Both the position numbers and the translations under genes were made by a program. DNA of 62,988 nucleotides, filler included, from Bonamia ostreae (Eukaryota): the NCBI GenBank assembly GCA_040357525.1. It is 22 parts of 22 records of this genome, joined end to end, with 100 filler letters (N's around TTAATTAATTAA, not from the genome) between each part and the next. Parts side by side here need not be neighbours in the genome. Positions count along the whole stretch, not along the records: positions 1 to 2,799 come from JBDODL010000692.1; positions 2,900 to 5,697 come from JBDODL010000693.1; positions 5,798 to 8,591 come from JBDODL010000694.1; positions 8,692 to 11,479 come from JBDODL010000695.1; 18 more parts are not named here. One strand, written 5' to 3'. The notes below the pieces were generated by a model. That model was not told where the DNA came from. It saw only the letters and a list, made by a program, of their open reading frames with translations, and searched no databases. Each line of letters opens with the position of its first letter. Position 1 is the stretch's first letter. Shown here in pieces: positions 1 through 11,579 of this stretch.

Positions 1-53
1 TTGCAATTTGCAATTTGATATTTTGAAGAACATAAGAAAAAAGTAACTGAAAT

Positions 54-1676
54 TTAGGCATTCTCTATCCAAACATAAAAAGTTTCCACTTCTTCAATTT
101 CCATCTCTTTCGAGCTAATGCTCGACGTGTATGCGCCCATTGACGTAAAATACAAAAGTGCTCCAATTTTTAGAAACGGCATTTTTTGATCCCTTTTATC
201 AGAAAAAATCTAAACCAACTGACCAAATCTTCTTCCGAACGCGTCGGTCCGTAAAAATAACTGCAACGCTCGGCTCCAAAATCCATTTCCGCTAAATTTT
301 GATTTAGATCTAACTTTTCGTCTCCCTGCGACAGCAATTTTGGCTTAAAGTTAGTTTTGAGTAAAAAAGCGTCTTTGAATGCGCCGTAAACGCCGTGATT
401 TAAATAATATTTTATTTTGTTGTGCAAGATTTTCCGCGACACTACAGTTACTACTAATGTCTGACATGATTCAACAAAAAATCTCCCCTTAATATTTTCA
501 TTTTATTTAAATTTAGCCGTTTAAAGAAAAACGGGTTCTGAAATAACTGTCACATCCTTTAAAAACGAAAGAGAAGTATTCATTTTTTCATCAAAAACGT
601 TCCCAATCTCTTCCAAGAAAATTTTGTCATGTTCCCCGTTGACCATAAAACCGCCGTGTGAACCCCCCGGAAATCCGCCCCCGATATCCAATATTTTAAG
701 GGGCGAACAAAGTTGTTTTGCCTTTTGAAAAGCATATTTTGCGTTTTCGAGCACATTCACATAAGCGTTTGCGTCATAGCAACCCGAGCCGACATGGAAA
801 CTAATTCCCTCTAAAACAAGTTTTAATCTTTTTGTCTCTTCAATAATTTGGTCTATTGTCTCTAATGGCGCTCCATATTTTTCATTTAGTTTGTTAAGTG
901 CTTTTTTTAACGTTTTTGTTTCATTTCTGAAAATTGAACAATAGAAATGCATTTTTTAGTTAATAAAGATTTAATCAAAAAAGGACGAAAATTGAACAAT
1001 AAAAGAATAAAATTTTTCAAAATTTTACAATATTTTTCAAAATTAACAATAAATTTAAAATTTAATATTTTTCCAAAGATTTGTCATTTTTTATTGAAAA
1101 CCAAATTTGGAAAATTTTTCAAATTAAAAAACCTTTTGGATTATCCACTTTAATCCTTAAAACGATTCTAATTTTATTTAGAATATTTTCAAAGTTCTTA
1201 AAAGATTTTGCAGCGTCGACAATTTTGTGCAGTTCTTCTTTGCAATCGAAGGTCATCAGAAAGACTTTATTCGACAAAGCAAATTTTATTTCTTTCTGCG
1301 ATTTGTGCGGATTCGCAAAAATTATTCTGCGCGAATCAAAATTTTTTTTACGCAGCAGAAACTGCATTTCCGAACAGCTGGCACAATCGAAGTTGACCCC
1401 CATTTTTTCCAAGACCGAAACTATTTTTTCGTCCGGATTGCATTTCACCGCTTTTTGTAAAAAGTTAATGGAACCGTAAAATGGTTTAACGAACGGAAAT
1501 GTTTTTTCCCAATGTTTGAGTTTGCGTGATAGACAAGCCAAGTCTACAAGGAAAAAAGGATTTTGCTTTTCAGCGTTTTTGGTGCTCATTTCCAAAAGGG
1601 TTTTTTCTAATGTTTTTGAGTAATCGATTTTTATTCGAATTTTTTGTTCAATGTTGTTTGTGTTAAAAGTGTTCAT
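54..1676 (-). CDS. Ornithine decarboxylase-family (fold III PLP) protein, 5 exons, degenerate C-terminal active-site motifs
   Basis: PFY-AVKCNPD, FDCAS, IIFANPHK, FHVGSG, LDIGGGF, EPGR, GVYG, MGAYT motifs after removing GT-AG introns (e.g. 1451-1474). Confidence 0.9.
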
Positions 1677-1776
1677 TTTTGAATATATAAAAATGGCGAT
1701 TTTTTAATGCGATTTGGCTAAAAATGACAATTTTTAAAAATATTGTATAAGTACGCTAAATTTAGAAAAAATAATA

Positions 1777-1858
1777 GATCACGTGGCCGAGTGGTCTATG
1801 GCGCCAGATTAAGGATCTGGTCTCTTCGGAGGCGCGAGTTCGAATCTCGTCGTGATCA
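1777..1858 (+). tRNA. tRNA-Leu(AAG)
   Basis: GATCACG/CGTGATC acceptor stem, CCAGA-TTAAGGA-TCTGG anticodon arm, long variable arm, GTTCGAATC T-loop. Confidence 0.95.
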
Positions 1859-2217
1859 TTTTTATATCCTTTTTAATTAATCGTCGATTTATCTTTTCTG
1901 AATCCAAATTGAATTTCTGGGAGCCATTTATCTTTTTCAACAACTCGTTTAATCTTTTTTTCGTGACTTTCTCAAACATTTTATCTTGATAGACAATAAG
2001 AATTTTATCTTGATAGAGGTTTTGTATTGAAACTTTTGTTAATAAATTTCTAAAATTTCCGTCTTAACAATTCCTCTTCTTCCTTGATAATCCTCTCCAC
2101 TCGTCTAAGGCGCGTTTTGTTTGTCGTTTGTAGGCAATCTCCATTTATTGAGTAGAGAGTCCGTCATAATGTGCTTCTGCCTTTTTTGATCTGTTACTTA
2201 AAAATAAATTTTAAAAA

Positions 2218-2289
2218 TGGAGAGTACGGGTTTCGATCCCGTTACTTAACATTGCGGATGTTATGTGTTACCATTGACACCTACCCCCC
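2218..2289 (-). tRNA. tRNA-Ala(CGC), atypical
   Basis: GGGGGGT/ACTCTCC acceptor with G3:U70, A73, TAACA-TCCGCAA-TGTTA anticodon arm, ACGGG-ATCGAAA-CCCGT T arm. Confidence 0.85.
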
Positions 2290-2355
2290 GTTTCGATTTT
2301 AGAAAAAATAAGGTTTAAAAAGATTTTGTTTACAGTTTGTTCATAATATATAATA

Positions 2356-2799
2356 ATGTCTGATTTAAAAACAATCTACAAACTGCTCCGAAATAAAGGC
2401 TACACAATCACAAAACCAGCTTACGAAAAGCTTTGCCGATTTTTAAAAAGCCCGGAAAACTCGAAAAAGAATATGGTTGATTTGCTAAATGCAGTTCTCG
2501 AAAATATTCAAAAAGACAAAAAATGTAAAATGATCTTAGAAACAGACGATGTTTCTAGGGCTCTTGACAAATTGTACTCAAATTATAAAAAATCTTCAAC
2601 CATTTTTTTAAGCTCCAAAATCGGAGATGGAAGCAATCTATCAGATGAAAATTTTATCGAAAGAAAATTTTCTATATTTGCAAATAGATTCAACAAACTT
2701 TTAAAAATTGCGAAAAAAGGTTTTGCTTCTTCTAACGGCGATATAGAAAAGGTTTTGTTTAATAGCGGCAACTGTTTTATTTGCAATTTTATCTCAATT
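2356..2799 (+). CDS. Probable DNA polymerase epsilon subunit B N-terminus (partial)
   Basis: Helical N-terminus resembling Dpoe2NT and a KFSIFANRFNKL segment; truncated by contig end. Confidence 0.45.
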
Positions 2800-2899
2800 N
2801 NNNNNNNNNNNNNNNNNNNNNNNNNNNNNNNNNNNNNNNNNNNTTAATTAATTAANNNNNNNNNNNNNNNNNNNNNNNNNNNNNNNNNNNNNNNNNNNN
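2800..2899. other. Artificial contig linker (first of ~21 copies)
   Basis: N-run + TTAATTAATTAA (stops in all six frames) + N-run, recurring about every 2.9 kb. Confidence 0.99.
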
Positions 2900-3122
2900 A
2901 AATTAAACAAGCGGCGAATTAATGAGATTGGCGATCAATTCAGTCGCCTTGAAGGATAAAGGAACGCCATCAAAAATTTCAAATTTTATGAACGAATTGT
3001 ATTCCCTTTTTTTGGGAATCGATTCCGGAGAAATTTCAGATTTGGCCAAAAAAATGAACACAATGCGACAAAGTGTACTTAAAATAGAAACCGTTTGCTA
3101 CGAAATGAAGCTCAAAGAATAA
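2900..3122 (+). CDS. TSNAX: Translin-associated protein X (TRAX) C-terminus (partial)
   Basis: GELMRLAINSV...KKMNTMRQSVLKIETVCY matches the translin/TRAX C-terminus. Confidence 0.75.
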
Positions 3123-3201
3123 ATTAGTAATCAGACCATTTTTATGTTTTATAAAAATAGCAAATCATTCAAAATATAAAAAAAATGCGGAATGTCTTAA
3201 T

Positions 3202-4160
3202 TTAGTCAAAAATCGAATCCAATTCGTTTTTTGGTAAAATCGCCTCTTTTTTGTACTTTTTTGTTTTAGCTTTTGATTTCTTTCTTATTCTAAAAGCTTT
3301 CGCTTCTTTCAATTGAGCAATCTTCTTCAAGTCGTCTTTCTTGACTTGCCACAACGTTGCGCCATAAAAGCTTCCACTAATTAGAATTATATGAAAAAAT
3401 TTAATACTTGTAAAAAATTGCTAAAATTGAATTTTAGAAAATAAATTATGAAAACGAAAAAATTCTTTCTGGTTTCAGCACAAATCGGGGACCGATTTCG
3501 ACTAAAGAAGAAATTTTGTCTTTTACGTTTTCGTCGAAAACGAACTTTTTAAAATTAAATTTAAACTTGATAATTTCTAAACCAAATCCGCTTGTCCAAA
3601 AACGAAAAAGAAATTACGTGATCGAAAAACGGTTTGCTTTGCGAATGGTTTTTTGGTGTCGAAAATGTCTAAATTTTGATTTTTTTACTTGAACTAATAG
3701 TTCTTTCATCAGTTTCAAATGTTGATGATCGTCAAAAATTTTGTCAAATTTTAAAATCGGTCTACTTCCTTTAAGACAATTTCCCGATAATTTGAGTTCG
3801 CCCATCGTCGTCACTTTTTAATTTTTTGTTTTTGCCAAATTAATTTGCAAATTTTAGGAAATTAGGGCTTTTTAAGTTTTGACCGTTTTGTAGAGAAAAT
3901 TTGACGGAAGGGCCATTTGGGCTTTTTGAAAGCCAAACAAGAGAAAAATCTCTTTTCGCTTCAAGAAAGAGCACATTTTGGCAATTCCGCATTTCGGAAA
4001 TTTCGTTGATATCGGTCAATTTGCTTTTTGGATCTAATTTTTGTTCTTTTTTCGAATGAGGAATAAGTGACCGCAAATCGGCCAACAAATGTTTTTCTCT
4101 GAAATTTATTGATCGCGACGAAAACAATAACACATTGTTGTTTTTGTCGCTTTCCGCCAT
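3202..4160 (-). CDS. BRX1: Ribosome biogenesis protein BRX1 (Brix domain), multi-exon
   Basis: SSRSINFREKHLL, PHSKKEQKLD, PNGPSVKF, ELKLSGNCLKGSRPIL, EIGPRF, GSFYGATLW. Confidence 0.92.
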
Positions 4161-4681
4161 TTTTAAAGCTATATCGTATTAAAAGTTTAAGCAACTTTGA
4201 TATATTTTTTGCAAATGGTTTAAATGTTACCAAAACGAGATGCCTTCGAAAACGTATAAAAATCGTAATGGAAAGATTAAAGTGGAGAGATTAAATTTTT
4301 TTGTCAAAATAAGTTTTGGAATGTAAAATGCTGTTCTGGCCATTTTTTAAAAATGGTCGATTTTTATTTCTGTGGTCAGCGACTAGTAGAAGTCTCTAAT
4401 CTGAGACGCGCCAAATTAAACAAATCAATTTATAAAAACAATGATCTTTTTGTGATTTCTAATTACGAAAAAAAGTCATTCTTCTTATTTAATTTTGCTT
4501 AAAATTTCAAAATATTGGATATCCGCTAAAATTTACACTAAATATAATTTTCAGTTTTTTGACTTTAAAAAATCAGTTGAGCAGAAAAGAGATAAAATTA
4601 TAAGATGGCAATCGACTACTTTAAAATCTATTTCGAAGGCAAAATAAAATTTGGATTCAAAATCTGAGTAGGTATTTACAA

Positions 4682-5271
4682 TCAAAACTGCCTCAAGAAT
4701 TCTTGTGTCACCACACGAGATCTACTGTTGACACTTAGCTTCATCCCAGATATTTCTTTGTCCACCATCTCCATAAACTCGATGATGAAATCGACCACTT
4801 TATGTTTTATCATCTCTTCAGTGTGAAAATTCGTCACCAGAAAACTCAAATCGTATCTGCTCGAGAATAACATTTAAATTATTTCAAACAATTAAAAACT
4901 AAAAAGGCTATAAAAACTCGCCTACTGGTTTTCTCCTCAAAACCTCAAACTCTTCTGCTCGTTGCATGAGGAAGCGCATGAAGCGGTCTGCTAGCACCTC
5001 CTCGAGTTCGTCAGCTTTCTTTAATGCGATTGAAATGCGCACCGAATTGACAGATGGCTCTATCAACACCTTCTCGCGTGCAGTACGGGAGACTTCGATG
5101 GGATCTAGAAGAAGTTCTTTGTTCATTCTCGCTTCGACTTCTGGTTTGTTGTGTCGCTCTATTTTCTGACTGGGGAAATTGCGAAGGCACATTCCTTCGT
5201 TGAGCGCAGCGCGCACCTTTTTCAAATATGGCGCAAGCGTGTTTGCCTATTAACTTGAAAATTTTAACCAT
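4682..5271 (-). CDS. ARPC4: Arp2/3 complex subunit 4
   Basis: [44 protein letters not shown]; 22-nt intron 5247-5268 directly after the ATG. Confidence 0.96.
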
Positions 5272-5797
5272 TTTGTATAAATTTGTTTGGTTCTGTTTTT
5301 ATGATTTCTGGTATAATTAATAACTAATTAATCAAAATTTGGCAAAAAATTTTAATTGGAAAAAATTTAATTTATTTAGTTAATAAAAAATTTTAATACA
5401 AATATAGTTAATTCAAACAGATATTTAGAGAGGAAACGATCTAAAAATTTTTTAAAATTTTTAATTTTAAGGAATCTTCTATTAAGAAGCCTTCCCGAAT
5501 CATCGAATTTTTTAGACATCTAAAGAGATTTATTTAGATGTGTAACAATGGGAAAGTAATAGAAGATGGCGAGATCGCAGCTGATCTAATAACAAATTTT
5601 TCTAAAGTAGGAATATTTACAGTAAAACAAATGTGACGATGACGGAAATATTAACTGCCTTAAAATAATAAAAAGTTTCTACAAAAGTTGTCTACAANNN
5701 NNNNNNNNNNNNNNNNNNNNNNNNNNNNNNNNNNNNNNNNNTTAATTAATTAANNNNNNNNNNNNNNNNNNNNNNNNNNNNNNNNNNNNNNNNNNNN

Positions 5798-7177
5798 ATT
5801 ATAAATGTTGTCTCCCATATAGAGAACTCTCGACATGTTGTAGTTAGTAATCCGATCAAATTCGGCGAAACTTCCGCCGTAGTAAATCTAAAATGAGATT
5901 GGAAACTTTTCCTCTTTCAAAAGTGTTCACTGTGTTGATGCACAAACTTGCAGTGACCGGGTCATAAATTCTGAACGCGTTTTTAGCGTCGTACCAATCC
6001 GGTTTTTTGGAATGCATTATGATTACGTCAAATATCTTTATTTAAAGCGGTTGGCTTTTGCTCAAATGGAATGATTGGTCAAATTTTAAAATTCCGGAAC
6101 CTCTGACCAGTGCTTGATGCCGGAATCAGGGTCATCGACGATAGGAGCGAATATCTTCTCGCAGCCAAGATTTACGTAAAAATGGGTATTGTTGGTCAAC
6201 ATGAACATTTTTTTGCCGGATTTCATAATAGCGTTAACGAAGGAAATGAACTTTTCGCTTGAGCCGATGTACTTCTCCGGATTGGCGCTGATGTTCTTGT
6301 GGATCGTCTTATCGAGATGCACTGCGTCAAAGGCGTTTTGGATATCGATGTAGAGGTAATTGGAGTTAAACTCGATATTCTGTTCAGAGAAGAACTCGAT
6401 GATGTCACTTATCAAATCTTTCGATAAAATGTGCTAACTTGCTACCGGAAGGGCAAACAAATCGGACATCATTTTGAGGTTTTCGGCGGCGTAAATATCG
6501 CTGATCCTTCTTCCAGGATATACTTCCTCGACTTTCGATTGAGAAACTTGTTGTTTGCCATAGTAAACTGTTCCGTACTTTAAATGTTTTTAAAGCTGTT
6601 TGCAATATATTGATTTTGTTTAATGGCTGTAATCGATATATCGATTGTTTGTTACTGTGATTTAATGCCGACCAAGTTTACCGAAATGATTTTAATGCCA
6701 TTTATACAAATCGAAATAATATTGATATTAAGTCCGATTAGAGCTAAATGGTTTCGGAATATCGAACCTGTATCTTTGAAAACTGTGTTAATTTTAAGAG
6801 ATAGCCCGTTTTGATGTCGTAGTGGAGACCGACAATTGAAAATTTTGGGTTAAAAGCAAAATCCCTAATTTCCTTTGGATAGCTCATCTTGTCCACCAGA
6901 TAATTCCTTCCTTCCATGTACGTCATTACGTTAGTTTCTTTCGTATAATTAGCGATCGTGTAGTCATCTAAATATTTGATATAATTTTTAGCTTACAGTC
7001 AAATCCGAAGACTTGGATGTCGTTCAAATGGACGTCGCTGTTGGCGTAAATTTGGCCTAGCTTGGTATCCGCGTAATCGCCCAAATCTTGGCCGCGTTGC
7101 ATTTTCATCTCCAATTCCTCATAGAAAAGTTTTATTTTCTCAATATCTGATTTTTTCAATTTTTTATTGTAAGCCAT
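5798..7177 (-). CDS. 5'-nucleotidase domain-containing HAD protein (NT5DC-like), partial
   Basis: IQVFGFD-YDYT, GLHYDIKTGYLLK, FMLTN, FDVIIMHSKKPDWY motifs. Confidence 0.85.
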
Positions 7178-7455
7178 TAAACGAAGCGTTATGTTTAATC
7201 TTTTAAACGATAATTTTGTAAATTGGAAAAATGCTAAAAATAAATTTATCCTGAAATGCAGTTGATTCCGAAAATTAAACGTTAGAATTTGTTTCATTTT
7301 GGTCAAGTTTGTCCTAAATTTCAATTACAGTTTAGTGATGACATTAATATCGCCATTATTTATATTTTGTTTTGCTTTCACAAATTATATTTTATTTCGC
7401 TTTCTTACAATTCCAAATGTTGAAAAATATTTTTAACGGGAATATAAAAATTTAA

Positions 7456-8591
7456 TCACCAATTCAAATCACTGGAAAAGCAGTAAGATTTGTTTGGATC
7501 GGAAAACTGTTTTCTTATTTTGGCGGCGCAGTTTTTTATTGAAATATTGTTATCCTTCAACGAACTGATTTTGAGCATTTGTTTTTTCCATTTACTTAAT
7601 TTTAAAACGAGAACCAAATGAGCGGAAATTTAAGTAGAGAATAATCAACGAACTGCAAATGGTCGATTATGACGAACAAAGTTACATCCGCCAATGTAAA
7701 CTGCTCCAAAACCACAAACAAATTTTCTTTTTTTAAATCTTCTTCTTCCAAAACCAATTTGGATTCGCCCATTTTTTTATCTGTCCATTTGATTAACGCC
7801 TTTTACAATTCAAAAATTAACTTCGACGGAATCTAAGCTGTCATTGTACCCCAAAACGTTTGCAAGTTTTTCTAAAGTGCTTTCATGGCAATTATTCAAA
7901 CAAGGCGGGGAAATGGGCGTGAACTGGAAAAAGTCTTGAGTTACGGAAAGATTTCCGACGTTAAAAAAAGTCGCTTTATTTTTCGCGTAAAAACATTTTT
8001 CGGTCTTTTTCTTGTTAGCGGAGATCGACGAAAATTTACAAATCGGCGCGCCATTTTTATCCCTAAAATAAAACTGCTCGATGTAGCGCAGATAAATTTC
8101 GATCTCGTTCAAATATCCCTTTTGATTATTGTTACAGTTTTTTTCGTTTTTTATGTGGTTTATAAAGAACGATTTTTTGTTAAAGTTTAAATTTGTTCTC
8201 GTTCAATCAAAAAACATCAGATTCGGCTCTAATAAAACAGTCCTCTTTTTCCAGCTCACATTTTTTGCAGAAAAACGGGCGGAAAATTTTACAGTAAATT
8301 AGTTTTGCGACACTTTTTCGAAGCGTGGAAATTAAGTGTTCGAAAGCCTGATCGACGATGGATTGTTCTTTGGGGTCGGACGGGATCAAAATACTGCCCA
8401 GAAACTTGTTGTTCAGATAACGGATTATGGCGCCGATTTCGAAAAGAAGAAATCCGTTGTCCTCTAAAGCGGGAACTTTCGAACGAGAATAATTGTTCGA
8501 AGATCTGTCAGTATCGTCAAAAAGTTTGACATTACCTTTTCGAAATGTTTTATGAGAATAATTGTTGCGTTACAAAATTCGGACTTATTGC
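7456..8591 (-). CDS. Glutathione S-transferase-fold protein with C-domain insertion (5' partial)
   Basis: KVPALEDNGFLLFEIGAIIRYL...PSDPKEQSIVDQ and C-terminal FTLADV N-capping motif. Confidence 0.7.
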
Positions 8592-8691
8592 NNNNNNNNN
8601 NNNNNNNNNNNNNNNNNNNNNNNNNNNNNNNNNNNTTAATTAATTAANNNNNNNNNNNNNNNNNNNNNNNNNNNNNNNNNNNNNNNNNNNN

Positions 8692-11200
8692 GACCGACCT
8701 TTTTGTGCTGAACGCCACGGCTTTGGTCTTTGATTGCGAGAACTTCAATCTGAGTTTTTCTGCTTCGGACAGGACTACTTTCATATCTTGTGATAGTTTT
8801 TCTCTTAGCGTATTGAAATTTGTCCCTGTTTCGTATATTACAATGTCGTCTGCGTACATCAACGTTTTACACTTGTTGTTAGCAAGTGTGTTTGAGTAGA
8901 TGTTGAAGAGAACGGGCGAAAGAGGACTGCCCTGTGGAACTCCTTTGGGTACGCAGTATAACTCGCTTTTGTTTCGATTAACTCTTATTCTTGCGTTCCT
9001 TCTGCCCAGAAAGTGTCTCAGGAAAGACATAACTGTCTTGTTCTTCGTTATCTGTGACAGCTTTGATATGAGTTTCGGCCGGTCGACGGAATCGTACGCT
9101 TTCGAAAGATCGAAGAACACTGCAAGGGTTGTCTTTCTTTTCTTCAATCCTGCCAAAATGTCCGATCTTAGTATTTGCAGTGGTTCTCTTGTTGAACAGC
9201 CTTTCACGAACCCGAACTGGTTTTTAGGGACGTTGTCCATAAATAGCTTCGAACCAGTGAGTTGTTTAAGGATTATTCTCTCAAACACTTTTGCTATTGT
9301 TGGTAGCAACGCTATCGGTCTCAGATTTTCTGTTCTCAAGGGTTTACGGTTCTTTGGTATCGGCACAATAATTGCTTCATTCCATTCTTGTGGGAACCAA
9401 CCTGAGTTTAACATCATGTTGAACAGCGTCGTCAGTATATCAATGACACTTCTTCCTCCATAAATGAGCATGAAATTGCAAATTCCGTCGTGTCCCGGCG
9501 CTTTGACAATTGGAAGGTCTTCTATAATGGAAGCGACTGCATTCGGAGCTATGATTTGGTTTTTTGGAATGTCTTTGATTTTCGGAGCATTTGAAAGAGC
9601 GAGGTTTGCAGTTTTACTGTAGTTGAATTCTGAAGCAATGTCTGCGGCTTTTATTTCCGTGGGTAATATTTTCTGTGATTTTTTGTTGCCGGAGATACAT
9701 CTGAAAATCTTGTGAGCTTGTTTGCATTCTACTTTTTCAACTTTCTGCCAGAACTTTTCTTTAGCAATTCTGCATCGTTTTTTTATTTCTTTGTTGAACT
9801 CTTTTAGTAGTATTTTCAGCGATTTCGTGGGTTTTTTCTTCATTGCTCTTCTGACTTTGTTCCTTGAGCGAATCAGTTCCCTTATCTTCGGGTTCCACCA
9901 TCCGGTGTTGTTTTGGTGTGTTCTGTTTTTGTTTTCATGAAAGTGGCAACATTCTTTGCTTGTCGATATTAGGCACTTTTTGACTGTTTTGTAAAACTCT
10001 TCGATGTTCGAGTGGCTCTTTTTGTTGAAGAGTCTCAGAAAGTGATTCTCAAATACTTGTTTCTCAGTGTGTTTGAAGTCCCATATTCCATTGGGTGCAA
10101 AGGATGTTCGTGGTGTGGACTCTATGTCAACCAACAATGCGCGATGATCTGAGTTCATGTTCTCTTTTATGGTTTCTTTTTTCTTTATTTTGATTCCCTC
10201 GCTATAGAATAGGAGATCGATCTCTGAGGTTTTCCCATTTGTGCTAACAATAGTTGGCGACATTTTGTTATCTTCGTAGAGTTTTAGATTAGTAGTTTTC
10301 ATGAGATCTTTCAGATTTTTGGCTCTGTACACGCGAAGAGTGTAGCCACAGGTGTGTACAGGCTTCTTTATTGTCGACGGATCTGTGTTGACATCTCCAA
10401 GCATTACTGTTTTTTCGTTTTGTAGTCTGTCTAGTTGGGCTAAATCGTTTCCCGAGTATTTGGGCGGGATATAGACACTGATTATAAGTATTTCTTTTTC
10501 GTCTGTATTTACGAATCTCCCGATTATCTCGGTTTTTTTCATTTCAGGAGGGGTCCAGCTGCGGGAAATAATAGAAGATTTCACATAAATCGCGACGCCT
10601 CCTCCTTTTTTTGTTTTTCTCGGGCGACTGTAAGTATTGTACCCGTTAATGTGTGTTGTTTTCGTGTTCGAGAACCATGTTTCTTGGAGAGTTAGAACGT
10701 CTGGCTTTGATAGAGCATCGAAATCGCGCTGCTCGTTGGCTTCGACAAATATTGTTGTTTTCTCGCTTTTGGGGTTGAGAACATTGCATATTTTCAGTCC
10801 GATATTGAGCTCGGTTTTGATGTAATCAGTCAATTCCTCTTCGGATACCGAGGTTGGGTAACCGTAAATTGCGAAAGTTCTCTTCGCGTCGTGCCATTTT
10901 GTTACTTGAGCTTTTTCTCCGAAGAGTTCTTGTGCGTTTTTTAAGGTGCACGCTTTCTGTGCTTCTGCTTCGGATTTGAAGCTTATCAGGACATCTTTTG
11001 ATGGGAGTTTCCTGCACCCAGCGACCTCGCCGAAATAGCTCTTCATTGCCATCCCTAGTTTGATTGGATGACGCATATCTAGCTTTCTTTCGTCAATGTT
11101 CTGAATCAGAACGGCGTGAAGAAATTTTTGATTTCTGGATTTTTGACCACTTTCGACGTTGTATGAATCGAATTTTTCTTGTGGTTGGACGCTCGCATTT
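8692..11200 (-). mobile_element. Non-LTR retrotransposon (LINE; APE endonuclease + reverse transcriptase), 3' truncated
   Basis: APE motifs QETW, GGGVAIYVK, VYIPP, GDVN, SDH; RT motifs KAPGHDG, RPIALL, QFGF, DLSKAYDSV, GVPQGSPLSP, YADD. Confidence 0.96.
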
Positions 11201-11218
11201 TTATTTTAGCTAAATAAA

Positions 11219-11479
11219 CCGTCTATACCGATGATGAGATCATTAATGAGCTCAACAATTCGGATTTAAAACTTTTCGTTAAAAAAATAAAGTATTTCAA
11301 AAAAAACCGAGACAAAAGTACAGTACTCATTGAGTTTAATTCTAAAGAGAAGTTTAACGTTGCCATCAGTAAAAAATTCCTAGAAGTTGGATGGCAGCGT
11401 TTTCGTATTAAAAAGTATGTTAGAAAGTCACCAATAAGGTGCTTTAATTGTCAACGGTATGGACATTTCTCAAAACTTT
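11219..11479 (+). mobile_element. Fragment of a second LINE gag-like ORF1 with CCHC zinc knuckle
   Basis: Translates ...YTDDEIINEL...STVLIEF...GWQRFRIKKYVRKSPIRCFNCQRYGHFSK; no start codon. Confidence 0.75.
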
Positions 11480-11579
11480 NNNNNNNNNNNNNNNNNNNNN
11501 NNNNNNNNNNNNNNNNNNNNNNNTTAATTAATTAANNNNNNNNNNNNNNNNNNNNNNNNNNNNNNNNNNNNNNNNNNNN

